From Macrostomum lignano (lineage: Eukaryota), in the NCBI GenBank assembly GCA_002269645.1, contig NIVC01000479.1, positions 248,001 through 312,000 of the forward strand: a stretch of DNA of 64,000 bases. The letters run 5' to 3'. Shown here one piece after another: positions 1 through 24,395 of the stretch. Positions within the stretch are counted from its first letter, which is position 1. Each line of letters begins with the position of its first letter. Both the position numbers and the translations under genes were made by a program. The notes beneath the pieces were generated by a model that saw only the letters and a program-made list of their open reading frames with translations, was not told the origin of the DNA and did no database searches.

Positions 1-412
1 AAGAATCAGCAGGGGCAGCAGCGGGTCCTGAAGAATCTACGGCAGGGGCAGCAGCGGATCCTGAAGAATCAGCAGGGGCAGCAGCGGATCCTGAAGAATC
101 AGAGGCAGGCCGCAGGCAGGGGATTCTGAAGAATCGGAGGCAGGGGCAGCAGCGGGTCCTGAAGAATCGGAGGCAGGGGTAGCAGCAGGTCCTGAAGAAT
201 CAGAGGCAGGGGCAGCAGCGGGTCCTGAAGAATCGGAGGCAGGGGTAGCAGCGGATCCTGAAGAATCGGAGGCAGGCCGCAGGCAGCGGGTCCTGAAGAA
301 TCGGAGGCAGGCCGCAGGCAGCGGGTCCTGAAGAATCGGAGGCAGGGGCAGCAGCGGGTCCCTGAAGAATCGGAGGCAGGGGCAGCAGCGGGTCCTGAAG
401 AATCAGAGGCGG
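1..412. repeat. Degenerate 30-35 bp minisatellite (CTGAAGAATCGGAGGCAGGGGCAGCAGCGGGTC), truncated by window start
   Basis: Successive AAGAAT anchors at 1, 31, 64, 94, 129 give unit lengths of 30, 33, 30, 35 bp. Confidence 0.9.
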
Positions 413-900
413 AGGTACTGTTGGCCTGAGGACCGATCCACTCCAAAAATTTTCAGACACTCCGAAAGCTACTCAGCTGAGCTGGAATTCCGGGGCGCAC
501 TCGAAGAGGAAATTCGAACTGTTCGACTTAGCGGCAGCGGCTCTTACGACGAGCAGTATAAAACAATTTATAATGAGTGATGAAGCTGAAATACAACTGT
601 GTTACTATTTTGATTCATTTATCAAGCATGTAAGATGCTGCAAGTGTGTAGTTGCTATGCTTAATTAAGAGCGCTAACTTTTTCTAACACTTAACAAAAA
701 TCTTTTTTTGAAATTCCGTCCTCTAAAGTCTTGTTTGAATGCCCCTCGACCGTTAGTTCTTTGAAAAAAAATTCCATATAAAAATGCTATTTGAGTGATT
801 TTTTTAGAATCCCGATTTTAGATACAAAACTATCATTCAGCTTTGAAGACTTTTTAACTTTATTCAATGGCGTCAGCGTCTGTGTGGGCCTTTTGGCTTC

Positions 901-2180
901 AAACCTGATTGCAATTGGAGTTTGTGGAGTCAAACCTGATTGCAATTGGAGTTTGTGGAGTCAAATCTGATTGCAATTGGAGTTTGTGGAGTCAAATCTG
1001 ATTGCAATTGGAGTCTGTGGAGTCAAATCTGATTGCAATTGGAGTTTGTGGAGTCAAATCTGATTGCAATTGGAGTCTGTGGAGTCAAATCTGATTGCAA
1101 TTGGAGTTTGTGGAGTCAAATCTGATTGCAATTGGAGTCTGTGGAGTCAAATCTGATTGCAATTGGAGTTTGTGGAGTCAAATCTGATTGCAATTGGAGT
1201 TTGTGGAGTCAAATCTGATTGCAATTGGAGTTTGTGGAGTCAAATCTGATTGCAATTGGAGTTTGTGGAGTCAAATCTGATTGCAATTGGAGTTTGTGGA
1301 GTCAAATCTGATTGCAATTGGAGTTTGTGGAGTCAAATCTGATTGCAATTGGAGTTTGTGGAGTCAAATCTGATTGCAATTGGAGTTTGTGGAGTCAAAT
1401 CTGATTGCAATTGGAGTTTGTGGAGTCAAATCTGATTGCAATTGGAGTTTGTGGAGTCAAATCTGATTGTAATTGGAGTTTGTGGAGTCAAATCTGATTG
1501 CAATTGGAGTTTGTGGAGCCAAATCTGATTGTAATTGGAGTTTGTGGAGTCAAATCTGATTGCAATTGGAGTTTGTGGAGTCAAATCTGATTGCAATTGG
1601 AGTTTGTGGAGTCAAATCTGATTGCAATTGGAGTTTGTGGAGTCAAATCTGATTGCAATTGGAGTTTGTGGAGTCAAATCTGATTGCAATTGGAGTTTGT
1701 GGAGTCAAATCTGATTGCAATTGGAGTTTGTGGAGTCAAATCTGATTGCAATTGGAGTTTGTGGAGTCAAATCTGATTGCAATTGGAGTTTGTGGAGTCA
1801 AATCTGATTGCAATTGGAGTTTGTGGAGTCAAATCTGATTGCAATTGGAGTTTGTGGAGTCAAATCTGATTGCAATTGGAGTTTGTGGAGTCAAATCTGA
1901 TTGCAATTGGAGTTTGTGGAGTCAAATCTGATTGCAATTGGAGTTTGTGGAGTCAAATCTGATTGCAATTGGAGTTTGTGGAGTCAAATCTGATTGCAAT
2001 TGGAGTTTGTGGAGTCAAATCTGATTGCAATTGGAGTTTGTGGAGTCAAATCTGATTGCAATTGGAGTTTGTGGAGTCAAATCTGATTGCAATTGGAGTT
2101 TGTGGAGTCAAATCTGATTGCAATTGGAGTTTGTGGAGTCAAATCTGATTGCAATTGGAGTTTGTAGAGTCTAATCTGAT
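901..2180. repeat. 31-bp minisatellite (GATTGCAATTGGAGTTTGTGGAGTCAAATCT), ~41 copies
   Basis: Near-perfect tandem array read directly. Confidence 0.97.
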
Positions 2181-2699
2181 ATCTCTGTTTTCAGAATTTT
2201 CCCCAAACCCAAGGCCTCGAATTTCTGAGGTTTCTTCTAAAAAGAGAAATGATAGCGTTCAACAGCACATGAAGCCATACTGAGGCTGAGTCCTATTCTC
2301 AAAGGGTTTTGTAAGAGCGTGCGCAGACGCCGATATCCCAAGAGGAAAAGAGACTTCATTTCTTAGAAAAGAAACAGATGAGGCGAATCCCTAAAGCAAC
2401 GGGTAGTAAGCCTGTTGTTAAATTGTGCTGGAATCAATTTTTTGGCAAATGTATTGAGATAACGACATTATTTTTCGTTCTTTAATTATTTTTTACACAA
2501 AATATGCATGGCTGCATGTCAACGAAGGTCAGGCTGAGTTTAAAGATCAAGGATGAACAGAAGGACGGAATGTACGAGTTATTAAAGAATCCTTCACTGT
2601 CCACCAGAGAAACTGGAATTCGATATCATCAAGCGAAACGGGCAGTCATGTATAAATAATCAGCAATTCCTTGTTTTGATCAGTGGAGTCTGTCTGCGT

Positions 2700-3245
2700 A
2701 TAGAAGTTGGGAATTGGGAGGAAAATAGAGCATTCGGGTGAGCAATTGAAGAGACAACGAGAAGACAGGAGATTGATAAGAGAGGTTAGGGGGAGAAGAG
2801 GGGGCTTGACTCAGCTGCAGGGGGCTCCGTGCATCCGGATGCAGCGAGGAGGCGTTGCCGTCTATTTCGCCAACCCCTGGCGACCACGGGCAGCTGGTGC
2901 TGCTGTGTCGCGCAGGGAGATCCGGTGGTGCCGGCGTCCGCAGCGCTGGTCCCCTCCGGAGAGTCCAGGAGGTGGATGGTCGCTCGCCCGGTAGCCCTTA
3001 GGTAGCGGCCGAGCTGACAGAGATTCTCGGGCCTGAAAACGTCGGAGAGGTCCGGGTTTGGGCCGAGGTAGGTGAGCCTGTCCTGAGTAAAGGCGGGGCA
3101 TTCACAGATGAAGTGCTCCGCATTCTCGACACCGGAAAGGCAGAAGGGGCATTCCTCACTTCGTATTTTATCCTGGAGGTGGGCCATGGTCACCGCCATG
3201 AGGCCCTGCGGTTAAGTCCAAGCAGGGCCCTGCGGAGGGTGGTGA
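2700..3245 (-). mobile_element. 5'-truncated non-LTR retrotransposon (LINE) 3' fragment encoding the C-terminal CCHC zinc knuckle of ORF2
   Basis: Minus ORF 2786-3199 contains [21 protein letters not shown]...RLTYLG...YLRATGR, typical of R1/LOA/I-type ORF2 ends; upstream sequence breaks into a GA array; boundaries approximate. Confidence 0.75.
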
Positions 3246-3254
3246 AAAGGAGAA

Positions 3255-3715
3255 GGAGAGAGTGGGAGAGGAGATGTGACTGAGAGAGGAGACGAGAGTG
3301 AGACAGGAGATGTGGGTGAGAGAGGAGATGTGAGTGAGAGAGGAGATGTGAGTGAGAGAGGAGATGTCAGTGAGAGAGGAGATGTAAGTGAGAGAGGGGA
3401 TGTGGGTGAGGCAGGAGATGTGAGTGAGAGAGGAGAGAGTGAGAGAGGAGATGTGAGTGAGAGAGATGTAAGTGAGAGAGGAGATATCAGTGAGAGAGGA
3501 GATGTGAGTGAGAAAGATGTGGGTGAGAGAGGAGATGTGGGTGAGAGAGGAGATGTAAGTGAGAGAGGAGATGTGAGTGAGGCAGGAGATGTAAGTGAGA
3601 GAGGAGAGAGTGAGAGAGGAGATGTGATTGAGAGTGGAGATGTGGGTGAGAGAGGAGAGAGAGAGAGAAGATGTGAGTGTGTGATGAGGTGCGAGAGTGA
3701 GAGAGAATGGAGATG
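3255..3715. repeat. GA-rich ~18-bp degenerate array (GAGAGAGGAGATGTGAGT)
   Basis: Direct reading. Confidence 0.9.
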
Positions 3716-4157
3716 AGCGGAGAAAAATTAGAGATGGTTAGTCTCAACATACAAACGCCATTCAAAGTGGTCTACAATGAATGTAGAATGGGATTAATTG
3801 CGCATAAAATTCTGTCTGATCTGCCGCCCAAAAAAAGTGCAGCCGATTCCGACAGACAGACAGACCGGCAAGCAAATTTGGTAAGCAAAACAAACTTCAA
3901 AAAACACACAGATGGGTGAAGCCAGTACCGTTGAAGTGGACATGCAACAAGAATTCCTGTCGCACACGAGAAGTGGGGAGTCAATTTTGTTTATTCGAAA
4001 TGTAGGCATTGCTATAGGGATTTTTTTAAACGATTTGTTTGCATGGTGAAATAAATTTTACGCTTGGTTTAACTGGCTTTGTATACACGCTTGTATATAT
4101 TCATACTAGCCAATAAACTTTAATTATTAGAGTGGGCCGCAACCACGGGGGTGCCAA

Positions 4158-5710
4158 TGTTTGGTGCTTTGATGAGCCGCCCCTGTCTCTTGGTGGGCGC
4201 CTCTGTCTCTTGGTGTGCGCCCCTGTCTCTTGGTGGGCGCCCCTGTCTCTTGGTGGGCGCCTCTGTCTCTTGGTGGGCGCCCCTCTCTCTTGGTGGGCGC
4301 CTCTGTCTCTTGGTGGGCGCCCGTGTCTCTTAAATGGGCGCCAAGTCTCTTGATGGGCGCCTCTGTCTCTTGGTGGGCGCCTCTGTCTCTTGGTGGGCAT
4401 CCCTGTCTCTTTGTGGGCACCCCTGTCTCTTGGTGGGCGCCTCTGTCTCTTGGTGGGCGCCTCTGTCTCTTGGTGGGCACCCCTGTCTCTTGGTGGGCGC
4501 CTCTGTCTCTTGGTGGGCGCCTCTGTCTCTTGGTGGGCGCCTCTGTCTCTTGGTTGGCGCCCCTGTCTCTTGGTGGGCGCCCCTCTCTTTTGGTGGGCGC
4601 CTCTGTCTCTTGATGGACGCCCCTGTCTCTTGATGGGCGCCCCTGTCTCTTGATGGGCGCCCCTGTCTCTTGATGGGCGCCCCTCTCTCTTGGTGGGCGC
4701 CCCTGTCTCTTGATGGACGCCCCTGTCTCTTGATGGGCGCCCCTGTCTCTTGATGGGCGCCCCTCTCTCTTGGTGGGCGCCCCTGTCTCTTGGTGGCGCC
4801 TCTGTCTCTTGGTGGGCGCCTCTGTCTCTTGGTAGGCGCCTCTGTCTCTTGGTGGGCGCCTCTGTCTCTTGGTGGGCGCCTCTGTCTCTTGGTGGGCACC
4901 TCTGTCTCTTGGTGGGCGCCCCTGTCTCTTGGTTGGCGCCTCTGTCTCTTGATGGGCGCCCGTGTCTCTTAAATAGGCGCCAAGTCTCTTGATGGGCGCC
5001 TCTTTCTCTTGGTGGGCGCCTCTGTCTCTTTGGTGGGCGCCTCTGTCTCTTGGTGGGCACCCCTGTCTCTTGGTGGGCACCTCTGTCTCTTGGTGGGCGC
5101 CTCTGTCTCTTGGTGGGCACCTCTGTCTCTTGGTGGGCACCTCTGTCTCTTGGTGGGGGCTCCTGTCTCTTTGTGGGCACCTCTGTCTCTTGGTGGGCAC
5201 CTCTGTCTCTTGGTGGGCACCCCTGTCTCTTGGTGGGCACCCCTGTCTCTTGGTGGGGGCTCCTGTCTCTTGGTGGGCACCCCTGTCTCTTGGTGGGCAC
5301 CTCTGTCTCTTGGTGGGCACCCCTGTCTCTTGGTGGGCACCCCTGTCTCTTGGTGGGGGCTCCTGTCTCTTTGTGGGCACCTCTGTCTCTTGGTGGGTGT
5401 CTCTGTCTCTTGGTGGGCGCCTCTGTCTTTTGGTGGGCGCCCCTGTCTCTTGATGGGCGCCTCTGTCTCTTGGTGTGCGCCTCTGTCTCTTGGTGGGCGC
5501 CTCTGTCTCTTGGTGGGCGCCCCTGTCTCTTGGTTGGCGCCTCTGTCTCTTGATGGGCGCCCCTGTCTCTTGATGGGCGCCCCTGTCTCTTGGTGGGCAC
5601 CCCTGTCTCTTGGTGGGCGTCTCTGTCTCTTGGTGGGCGCCTCTGTCTCTTGGTGGGCGCCTGTGTCTCTTGGTGGGCGCCCCTGTCTTTTGGTGGGCGC
5701 CCCTGTCTCT
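4158..5710. repeat. 20-bp minisatellite (CTGTCTCTTGGTGGGCGCCY), ~77 copies
   Basis: Direct reading; occasional 19/21-bp units shift the frame. Confidence 0.97.
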
Positions 5711-6799
5711 GCTGGTCGTTGTCATTGCCTCTTATTTGGTTGAATTGTTATAGCCATTAAAGCAAGTGCGCATCAAACGTTCATTTATAATCCGGACGTT
5801 GATAAGGTGAGATATACGCTCGCATCGATGGGAATTTAGTCCTAAACAACTGAAAATTTCTCGCTATCTCAGTGATGCATTTAGAAGCGAAAAAAAAATC
5901 GGCACGTGTATTTGCAAGTGTAGTAGCGACCTTCTGCTTTAGCTGTGTTAGTTATCCATGGTCCAGAAATGACTTGATTAATGTTCGTCCAAGCACTCTG
6001 TGCACGCTAGACATACACTACTGGGCATTGGATTGGGAGGCGTGAGGGGTCGGGCTGATTCAGCTTTTTGAAACCAATTGAAAAGAACTTCCTGTACTGT
6101 AAATCATGTTAATGCATCGGCCCATTAGGTAAGCAGCGATTCCCGTCTGCTGATGCTGTGTGGGTGGGAGGGGGGGGTTACGTGCATATTAACAAATTTC
6201 AATCGACCAAACTTACATGTATGCCTATAATCCATTTTAGTCAGGCAAGTGAAAGCTTTTACATGCGCGGTACTGTGTCTAAATAAAAGAAAAGAAATTC
6301 TTCCGTGTCATGCATGGCTTCATCAATTAATAGGGCCGGGGCTGCCTTCACGTGATTTCTCGAACCCTAACGATACAGACAATACTATGACTTAGCTAAA
6401 GGTTAATAAAAGTGCGCTTCAGCTGTCTTCCGGTTATCTTACATGTAGATGCATGTGCCTAAGTTGCCACACAGCATCAGCAAACCAATTATGCGAGTCC
6501 GTTGATCTCTAAGAATATTTTTCATACTGACAGACGGTCTAAGTTCGTCTGATCCTTAGAAGCAATACGTATCCTAGGTGCAATACGTATTGGAATGAAC
6601 GCTTGTCAATTAAAATACTTGCAGCTCTATAAGTACCTTCCGTTTTATAAGTTTCTGTTTGTAAAGTTGTCTGCACCAGGTATTGGACACTGCAGACATC
6701 AAATGAGATTCTTTTATAATCAAGGCAAACAAATCATTTTTAGTATATAGGATTAGGAAATCTGTAGAAATCTAAGGACACTTGTAGGCTCTGGAGTGT

Positions 6800-7790
6800 T
6801 AGAACTCTGTGGAAGTCTAGGGACTCTGTGGAGTCTAGGGACTCTGTGGAGTCTAGGGACTCTGTGGAGTCTAGGGACTCTGTGGAGTCTAGGGACTCTG
6901 TGGAGTCTAGGGACTCTGTGGAGTCTAGGGACTCTGTGGAGTCTAGGGACTCTGTGGAGTCTAGGGACTCTGTGGAGTCTAGGGACTCTGTGGAGTCTAG
7001 GGACTCTGTGGAGTCTAGGGACTCTGTGGAGTCTAGGGACTCTGTGGAGTCTAGGGACTCTGTGGAGTCTAGGGACTCTGTGGAGTCTAGGGACTCTGTG
7101 GAGTCTAGGGACTCTGTGGAGTCTAGGGACTCTGTGGAGTCTAGGGACTCTGTGGAGTCTAGGGACTCTGTGGAGTCTAGGGACTCTGTGGAGTCTAGGG
7201 ACTCTGTGGAGTCTAGGGACTCTGTGGAGTCTAGGGACTCTGTGGAGTCTAGGGACTCTGTGGAGTCTAGGGACTCTGTGGAGTCTAGGGACTCTGTGGA
7301 GTCTAGGGACTCTGTGGAGTCTAGGGACTCTGTGGAGTCTAGGGACTCTGTGGAGTCTAGGGACTCTGTGGAGTCTAGGGACTCTGTGGAGTCTAGGGAC
7401 TCTGTGGAGTCTAGGGACTCTGTGGAGTCTAGGGACTCTGTGGAGTCTAGGGACTCTGTGGAGTCTAGGGACTCTGTGGAGTCTAGGGACTCTGTGGAGT
7501 CTAGGGACTCTGTGGAGTCTAGGGACTCTGTGGAGTCTAGGGACTCTGTGGAGTCTAGGGACTCTGTGGAGTCTAGGGACTCTGTAGAGTTTCAAGGACT
7601 TTGTGGAGTCTAGGGACTCGTCTAGGGACTCTGTGGAGTCTAGGGACTCTGTCGAGTCTAGCGACTCTGGGAGTCTAGGGACTCTGTCGAGTCTAGCGAC
7701 TCTGTGGAGTCTAGGGACTCTGTGGAGTCTAGGGACTCTGTAGAGTTTCAAGGACTTTGTGGAGTCTAGGGACTCGTCTAGGGACTCTTG
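6800..7790. repeat. 18-bp minisatellite (CTCTGTGGAGTCTAGGGA), ~55 copies, homogeneous core
   Basis: Direct reading. Confidence 0.97.
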
Positions 7791-8413
7791 GAATCTATAG
7801 CGACCCTGGAGTCGAGAGGAAGAGAACATTTTCTGCGCTATTGCCTGCTTGACATATTAATTAATTTACTACCTACAAAGTAACCAATTTGATGAACTGA
7901 ATTATATTAATTTTATTGTGCTTTTAGCTACGTTTTCTCGTGCAAAAACTTGTGTAATAAAGCATAATAGTATAATAGTAATAACAACAGCAGTAGGAGC
8001 ATAATTAATAAACAATAAACATTGCATGATTAATAATGCATAGCAATATAAAAACAGTTTTTATTAGACTGGATTTTCAAACCTGAAAAAAACTTTTGTT
8101 AAAAGGTGTCAAAGTCTGTTTTATTTGGGAGAATGAAAGGAAAAAAGATTATAACAAAAATATACGCCGCAAAAAGACCAAACTTGGAGGCAGTTAATGG
8201 GTCAAGTGAAACCGCTGTATTTTATTTTGTTTTTCTAGTTTATGCGTGCATGATTAAAAACGAATGATTAACGAAAGATGGGACACAATTCTAGCTAAGG
8301 AAATAAGTATGAACTGTCAGTTTTCATCCGCCTCGATTTATTTTTTGCTTAACCCGCGTCGACGAAACGAAGTGTTTATTTATTTAGCGAAGCTTTGAGT
8401 TTCGAATTGCTAT

Positions 8414-8800
8414 TTGCTGTTTTTTGCTGTTGATATTTTAATAGTTTTTGTTGCTGCTGTTGATGTTATTATAAGTATTTTGTTATTTAAAGAGACTCTT
8501 TTTTTATCAGTACTATTCGGTGTTTCATTTTTGTTATAACTATAACTATTTTTATTGTTATCATTTCATATATTTTGTGTTGTCTGGGCTTGATGGCTGA
8601 TATATTTCCTGAATATGGCACTTAAATATTATTTTATTATCATCGTTGCTGTTTTATGCTGTTGATATTTTAATAGTTATTGTTGCTGCTGTTGATGTTA
8701 TTATAGGTATTTTGTTATTTAAAGATACTTTTATTATTTTATCAGTTACTATTCGGTGTTTCATTTTTGTTATAATTATTACTATTTTTATTGTTATCAT
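8414..8800. repeat. Diverged direct duplication of an AT-rich block, period ~232 bp
   Basis: TTGCTGTTTTWTGCTGTTGATATTTTAATAG... begins at 8414 and again at 8646. Confidence 0.75.
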
Positions 8801-9355
8801 TATTATCATCGTAGCTGTTTTTGTTTTTTTTTATTACAATAATATTTTTTATTTATTTTTTGGGATTGTTGCCGTTTTTAACGCTTATAAATTTTCGTTC
8901 AAACACAACAATGCCAAGAGATAATTGGAAACACACTCACTCCTACTATATAAAATTTTTTGCTAACCAAAGTAAAAATTAACTTTAATTACATTAAACG
9001 CTTAACCTTGCAGAAAATATATAACAAGAACACGAGTAGCAGGTAAAAACTCAGCTGACCTATACTCTAATTGTTCTAAGCTATCGCTAGCTAATTAAAT
9101 AAGCGGATTAAAAAGCAAATCGTATTATTAACAGTAAAAATAATATATTATTCAAGCATAATACGTATTATATGCGTCACGGGCTCGTGTTGAGACAAAA
9201 AACGCACACGGTTGTCAGCTTTTCCAGTATTTAATTATTTGGTTGTTTTTTCCTGTCTTTTTGTTTGCTTATCGTCTTGGTTACAAACATAGAAGTCACG
9301 GATGCTGTTAGGAGACAGACAGGAGCAACTGTCTTCCCTAATTATGAGACTAGGC

Positions 9356-20418
<11,063 letters not shown>

Positions 20419-20629
20419 TAATTTGAATTGGCAATCCTGGCCCACCTCAGGAGCTGGCTTTTGGCTTTTAACGCTTGAGGTGCAGGTCAGTTTTTATTGA
20501 GGCTCGGAGCGCTGGAAAAAACGGCATTAGGAAGTTACCAGTTCGTCATATAAAACAGTTCTGGCTTCCCCAAATTGGAACAATTAAATAAAGTACATTT
20601 TGAGCCTCATTTTCTGGGGACTAGGGAGC

Positions 20630-21270
20630 CTAATTGCCTAATCCTTCTCAGATGGAAGTTTTGACTTCAAAGTCCCCCTAATTTTTTAATCCTTCCCGGA
20701 TGGAAGTTGTGAATTAAAAGTCGCCTAATTTTCTAATCCTTCCCGCGCGTCCCGGATGGAAGCTGTGGATTCAAATTCGCCTAATTGTCTAATCCTTTCT
20801 GGATGGAAGTTGTGAATTCGAGGTCCCCTAATTGCCTAATCCTTCTCGAATGGAAGTTGTGAATTCGATGTCCCCTAATTGTCTAATCCTTTCCGGATGG
20901 AATTTGTGAATTCGAGGTCCCCTAATTGCCTAATCCTTCTCGAATGGAAGTTGTGAATTCGAGGTCCCCTAATTGCCTAATCCTTCTCGAATGGAAGTTG
21001 TGAATTCGATGTCCCCTAATTGCCTAATCCTTCTCGAATGGAAGTTGTGAATTCGAGGTCCCCTAATTGCCTAATCCTTCTCGAATGGAAGTTGTGAATT
21101 CGATGTCCCCTAATTGCCTAATCCTTCTCGGATGGAAGTTGTGAATTCGATGTCCCCTAATTGCCTAATCCTTCTCGGATGGAAGTTGTGAATTCGATGT
21201 CCCCTAATTGTCTAATCCATGATCCATCCCGGATGGAAGCTGTGAATTCAAAGTCCCCCTAATTGTCTAA
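20630..21270. repeat. 47-bp minisatellite (CCCTAATTGCCTAATCCTTCTCGAATGGAAGTTGTGAATTCGATGTC), ~13 copies
   Basis: Period of 47 measured between 20941 and 20988. Confidence 0.93.
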
Positions 21271-22431
21271 TCTAATCAAACTTTTTGCAGATGAGACACA
21301 TCAGACGGCGTGATGTGTCTAGAAATGTCAGGCAGGCGATCGGCTGGTTAATAAACATACAGGTTGAAAGCAATAGTTTCACTGATAGCCTCGCGAAAAT
21401 CCAGCCTGTGTTCGTCAGGACTCTCGTATCGAAGCAGCCTCTCTATCCGGCCCTCGAGTCCTTTGAAACTTCACAATAGCAATCAGCCAAGCTCAAGGCT
21501 TCTCTTCTCTCCTCTCTTTAATCTAACTTTCTGTATGCTCAAGACCGATAGGAGAAACTAAATTTTCACCTTGAGTTGTTTACGGATGAATGAACCGATT
21601 TTTTTGTACCCCGTGACCGAATTGCTGCTTAATTTATTTCCATTTTTAAGAAAAACTAATTCTCACACGCAGTTGTTGCAGATTTTGCAAGCAATGCAAG
21701 AGAAAACATAGCCTAAGGCAAAATTAGTGAGCGTGTGATTGTGGGAAAAAGACCCTGCTGAACCAGAGGCTACCCGCTGATCTGAAGTACCAACGCTCTG
21801 CAGAGATGCAGAGAGAACGCTCAATTACCCTGCTGTAGCCAAGTATAGCCATAAGAAGTCCTACATAGAAAGACCTAGAGCACTGGTCTGCATTGCACGT
21901 GAAATAATGCCACGTTTTATAAGTAAAGTACATCCAAACTCACGCCTTTTATGGGCTACGTTGGTAAACCCGCAAACTTTGAAGATTTGTAATGAGATCA
22001 GTGTTTTTGATAAGCACAAGGATTCAATCGTGTCTGATGTCTGTCCGTCTGTCCGTCTGTCTGTCTGTCTGTCTGGTCTCCGCCCTTGCCGTGTGTCTGT
22101 CTGTCTGTTATAGAGGCTCGAAGGGGGTGGCTGGGAGCCCCTCCTATTAAACCGTTCTGCTGGGAAAACAGGAGGAAAGGGGGTGGAAGAGAGAGCTGGG
22201 GCTCAGTTTTTTGTCCAATAAGCACCTCGATAGTTCTCATTGGCTGGAGAAAGGCTATTTTGGTAAACAGTAAGGGAACGAACCAACCCACGAACCCTGA
22301 CAGACGTACGTACGTCTAACTAATCCATGATTACTATGTTGCATTGTGTCGGTGTGAACCATTGGACAAAACTGAAAGCAGAGATGCAATGGCGAGATGG
22401 CCGCTGGGAAAGGATTCAGTCTTTTTAGGAC

Positions 22432-24395
22432 TACAGAGGGGGCGCCATCTACAGAGGGGCGCCAGCTACAGAGGGGGCGCCATCTACAGAGGGGCGCCAG
22501 CTACAGAGGGGGCGCCATCTACAGAGGGGCGCCAGCTACAGAGGGGGCGCCATCTACAGAGGGGCGCCAGCTACAGAGGGGGCGCCAGCTACAGAGGGGC
22601 GCCAGCTACAGAGGGGGCGCCATCTACAGAGGGGCGCCAGCTACAGAGGGGGCGCCATCTACAGAGGGGTGCCAGCTACAGAGGGGGCGCCATCTACAGA
22701 GGGGCGCCAGCTACAGAGGGGCGCCAGCTACAGAGGGGCGCCAGCTACAGAGGGGCGCCAGCTACAGAGGGGCGCCAGCTACAGAGGGGCGCCAGCTACA
22801 GAGGGGGCGCCATCTACAGAGGGGGCGCCAGCTACAGAGGGGCGCCAGCTACAGAGGGGCGCCAGCTACAGAGGGGCGCCAGCTACAGAGGGGCGCCAGC
22901 TACAGAGGGGCGCCAGCTACAGAGGGGCGCCAGCTACAGAGGGGCGCCAGCTACAGAGGGGCGCCATCTACAGAGGGGCGCCAGCTACAGAGGGGCGCCA
23001 GCTACAGAGGGGGCGCCATCTACAGAGGGGCGCCAGCTACAGAGGGGCGCCAGCTACAGAGGGGCGCCAGCTACAGAGGGGGCGCCAGCTACAGAGGGGC
23101 GCCAGCTACAGAGGGGCGCCAGCTACAGAGGGGGCGCCATCTACAGAGGGGTGCCAGCTACAGAGGGGGCGCCATCTACAGAGGGGCGCCAGCTACAGAG
23201 GGGCGCCAGCTACAGAGGGGGCGCCAGCTACAGAGGGGCGCCAGCTACAGAGGGGCGCCAGCTACAGAGGGGCGCCAGCTACAGAGGGGGCGCCATCTAC
23301 AGAGGGGGCGCCAGCTACAGAGGGGCGCCAGCTACAGAGGGGCGCCAGCTACAGAGGGGCGCCAGCTACAGAGGGGCGCCAGCTACAGAGGGGCGCCAGC
23401 TACAGAGGGGCGCCAGCTACAGAGGGGCGCCAGCTACAGAGGGGGCGCCATCTACAGAGGGGCGCCAGCTACAGAGGGGCGCCAGCTACAGAGGGGGCGC
23501 CATCTACAGAGGGGCGCCAGCTACAGAGGGGCGCCAGCTACAGAGGGGCGCCAGCTACAGAGGGGGCGCCAGCTACAGAGGGGCGCCAGCTACAGAGGGG
23601 CGCCAGCTACAGAGGGGCGCCAGCTACAGAGGGGGCGCCATCTACAGAGGGGCGCCAGCTACAGAGGGGGCGCCATCTACGGAAGGGCGCCAGCTAGAGG
23701 GAAAGCTCCAGCTACAGAGGGGGCGCCATCTACAGAGGGGCGCCAGCTACAGAGGGGGCGCCAGCTACAGAGGGGGCGCCATCTACAGAGGGGCGCCAGC
23801 TACAGAGGGGCGCCATCTACAGATAGGCGCCAGCTACAGAGGGGCGCCAGCTACAGAGGGGCGCCATCTACAGATAGGCGCCAGCTACAGAGGGGCGCCA
23901 GCTACAGAGGGGCGCCAGCTACAGAGGGGCGCCAGCTACAGAGGGGGCGCCATCTACAGAGGGGCGCCAGCTACAGAGGGGGCGCCATCTACGGAAGGGC
24001 GCCAGCTAGAGGGAAAGCTCCAGCTACAGAGGGGGCGCCATCTACGGAAGGGCGCCAGCTAGAGGGAAAGCTCCAGCTACAGAGGGGGCGCCATCTACAG
24101 AGGGGCGCCAGCTACAGAGGGGGCGCCATCTACAGAGGGGCGCCAGCTACAGAGGGGGCGCCAGCTACAGAGGGGGCGCCATCTACAGAGGGGCGCCAGC
24201 TACAGAGGGGCGCCATCTACAGATAGGCGCCAGCTACAGAGGGGCGCCAGCTACAGAGGGGCGCCATCTACAGATAGGCGCCAGCTACAGAGGGGCGCCA
24301 GCTACAGAGGGGCGCCAGCTACAGAGGGGCGCCAGCTACAGAGGGGCGCCAGCTACAGAGGGGCGCCAACTACAGAGGGGCGCCAGCTACAGAGA
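22432..24395. repeat. 17/18-bp minisatellite (GCTACAGAGGGGCGCCA), ~110 copies
   Basis: Direct reading; G4/G5 run and G/T variants are interspersed. Confidence 0.97.

Noticed and set aside
1-580. Possible coding repeat (PEESEAGAAAG)n or plus-strand terminal exon ...ELEFRGALEEEIRTVRLSGSGSYDEQYKTIYNE-stop (457-580)
   Set aside because: Repeat units of 30/33/35 bp break frame; the downstream open stretch has an AG acceptor but no recognisable domain and no upstream context in the window
735-752. TTTGAATGCCCCTCG resembling the right TIR of the 60 kb mariner
   Set aside because: Too short, with no partner TIR or transposase remnant nearby
901-2180. CRISPR-like regular 31-bp repeats (also the 33-47 bp arrays)
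   Set aside because: Units are head-to-tail without unique spacers, no cas genes, eukaryotic context
4101-5743. Multiple 130-530 aa ORFs on both strands
   Set aside because: Translations of a 20-bp tandem unit that lacks stops in several frames; unit length is not a multiple of 3 and there is no unique coding flank
6753-7829. ORFs of (RVPRLH)n, (WSLGTL)n and (VESRDS)n
   Set aside because: Perfect 18-bp array open in several frames; no synonymous variation or splice context
20435-20565. Candidate micro-exons upstream of ADAMTSL exon 1 (TVLYDEL; segment after TTTTTTCCAG)
   Set aside because: Stops in all three frames of the second segment and no consistent phase chain
22344-24226. 570-610 aa ORFs in three frames
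   Set aside because: 17/18-bp minisatellite with frame-shifting G-run variation
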